Origin: Octopus sinensis
Lineage: Eukaryota
Direction: 5' to 3'
Assembly: GCF_006345805.1 (NCBI RefSeq)
Contig: NC_043013.1
Location: 28,272,001-28,336,000 of the forward strand
Length of the DNA: 64,000 nt
Below are positions 62,526 through 64,000 of the stretch, piece after piece (the stretch's first letter is position 1; each line of letters begins with the position of its first letter). The notes below the pieces were generated by a model. That model did not search any database and was not told the DNA's origin. It worked only from the letters and a program-made list of their open reading frames with translations. The translations under genes and the position numbers were made by a program.

Positions 62526-63672
62526 AGATCTGTTCAATTTCAATCACAGATTTCTTAATTATTTTTTTTTACTAACATAGGTGGAGTGGCTGTGTGGTAA
62601 GTAGCTTGCTTAGCAACCACATGGTTCCCAGTTCAGTCCCACTGCGTGGCACCTTGGGCAAGTGTCTTCTACTATAGCCTCAGGCAGACCAAACCCTTGC
62701 GAGTGGATTTGGTAGACAGAAACTGAAAGAAGCCTGTCATATATATATTTATACATATATATGTATGTGTGTGTATATGTTTGTGTGTCTGTGTTTGTCC
62801 TCCCAACATCGCTTGACATCCGATGCTGGTGTGTTTACATCCCCGTAACTTAGCAGTGTGGCAAATGAGACCGATAGAATAAGTACTAGGCTTACAAAGA
62901 ATAAGTCCTGGGGTCGATTTGCTTGACTAAAAGGCAGTGCTCCAGCATGGCCACAGTCAAATGACTGAAACAAGTAAAAGAGTAAACAGTTTGAAACTTC
63001 ATATACTGGTGCAATTTCTCACACTGAACACAATTTACTTTCAACATTTTGGACAAAATTTCATATTTTAGAAGTTATTTTGTGTTAAAGTTGTTGTACT
63101 TGGGTAATTTTAACCAATCAGTGATGTGTATTCAGCTAAAGAAGGTTACTGCTGTTTTCAATAGTACTTGAAGAGGAACAACTTCCGGGTCATCTCTACT
63201 AAATGTCAACACTCTGTTCTATTTTATTTATTGTTTACTGCCTGTGTTGCATATTACATGCTTTTTTTTTATGATTCTCGCATTGAAAAAAGGATAAAGG
63301 TGGCATCATCTTTCTTGTGGCTGAAAGCTTCTCTTTTGTGTTAGCTACGACTAAGGAGCAACACTTTTCCTTCACCCTTTGATTGATATACAAATAGAAC
63401 AGTGTGGTGATATTTAGTAGAGATGATCCGGAAGTTGTTCTTTTTTTATTAATATTGCAAACAGCAGTAGCTTTCTTCAACTGAATACACATCATTAATT
63501 GGTTAAAATTACCCAAATACGACGACTTTAACATGAAATAACTTCTAAAATGTGAAATTTTTTCAAAAATGTTGAAAGTGAATCATGTTCAGCATGAGAA
63601 ATTACACCAGTTTACAAAGTTTTAAACTGTTTAGTTAAAAAAAATATAATTAAAAAATCTGTGAACAGATCT
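62526..63672. mobile_element. Fold-back MITE with about 290-bp TIRs, left arm interrupted by a SINE
   Basis: 62984-63225 mirrors about 63390-63632 (for example gggtaattttaaccaat / attggttaaaattaccc and acaacttccgg.tcatctctactaaat). The outer agatctgttca / tgaacagatct pair continues beyond the SINE. Confidence 0.85.
62579..62982 (+). mobile_element. SINE family A nested in the MITE arm
   Basis: Full head-to-tail family A copy splitting the sequence actaa|acagttt of the left TIR. Confidence 0.9.
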
Positions 63673-64000
63673 CACTTGACCAGAGTATCACACAATGAGA
63701 CCACACCCAAAACTGAATTTCTCAACCACACCATTCTATGCCTGTCTTTAGTGGATTGACAAAATTGTTCAAGTATTGGGAGAAATGTTTTGTTGTGTTT
63801 GTTTTAGTTCACTATGTTCTCAGATCGAATCTTGCTGAAGTTAGCTTTGCTTTCATATTTCCAGGGTTGATAGAATACAGTACTAGTCATGCGCTGGGGT
63901 TGATATAAATGACTGTTCCCTCTGCCAACATTTCTGGCCTTGTGCAAAAATAAGAAATTGTTACAGGTTCAGTGGATTGATAGAAATGATATAACATCAG

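Overview
AT-rich, microsatellite-saturated eukaryotic DNA. The SINE families look like those I associate with Octopus genomes, but that is recognition from memory, not a search. There are no prokaryotic features, CRISPR arrays, rRNA or true tRNA genes. Almost all ORFs in the supplied track are artefacts of (TA)n/(CA)n repeats or SINEs. The window looks like the 5' part of one large minus-strand gene. It has a CpG-retaining promoter zone at about 39.6-45.2 kb and three candidate phase-1 exons (43328-43100, 39535-39467, 1799-1734). These splice in frame into an N-terminus with two N-glycosylation sequons and a hydrophobic segment. I do not recognise the product, and the model is unverified. The rest is transposon debris: three tRNA-headed SINE families, Tc1/pogo-, hAT- and piggyBac-type MITEs, two Helitron-like elements, RTE and HERO-like LINE fragments, and Penelope-like fragments. 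The most notable signal is seven type-I hammerhead-ribozyme motifs, which the ORF track does not show. Three keep the full catalytic core (4086-4179 +, 32036-32079 +, 33048-33110 -). Five lie within 32.0-34.9 kb inside a degenerate TA satellite, and two of those form the arms of a fold-back element.
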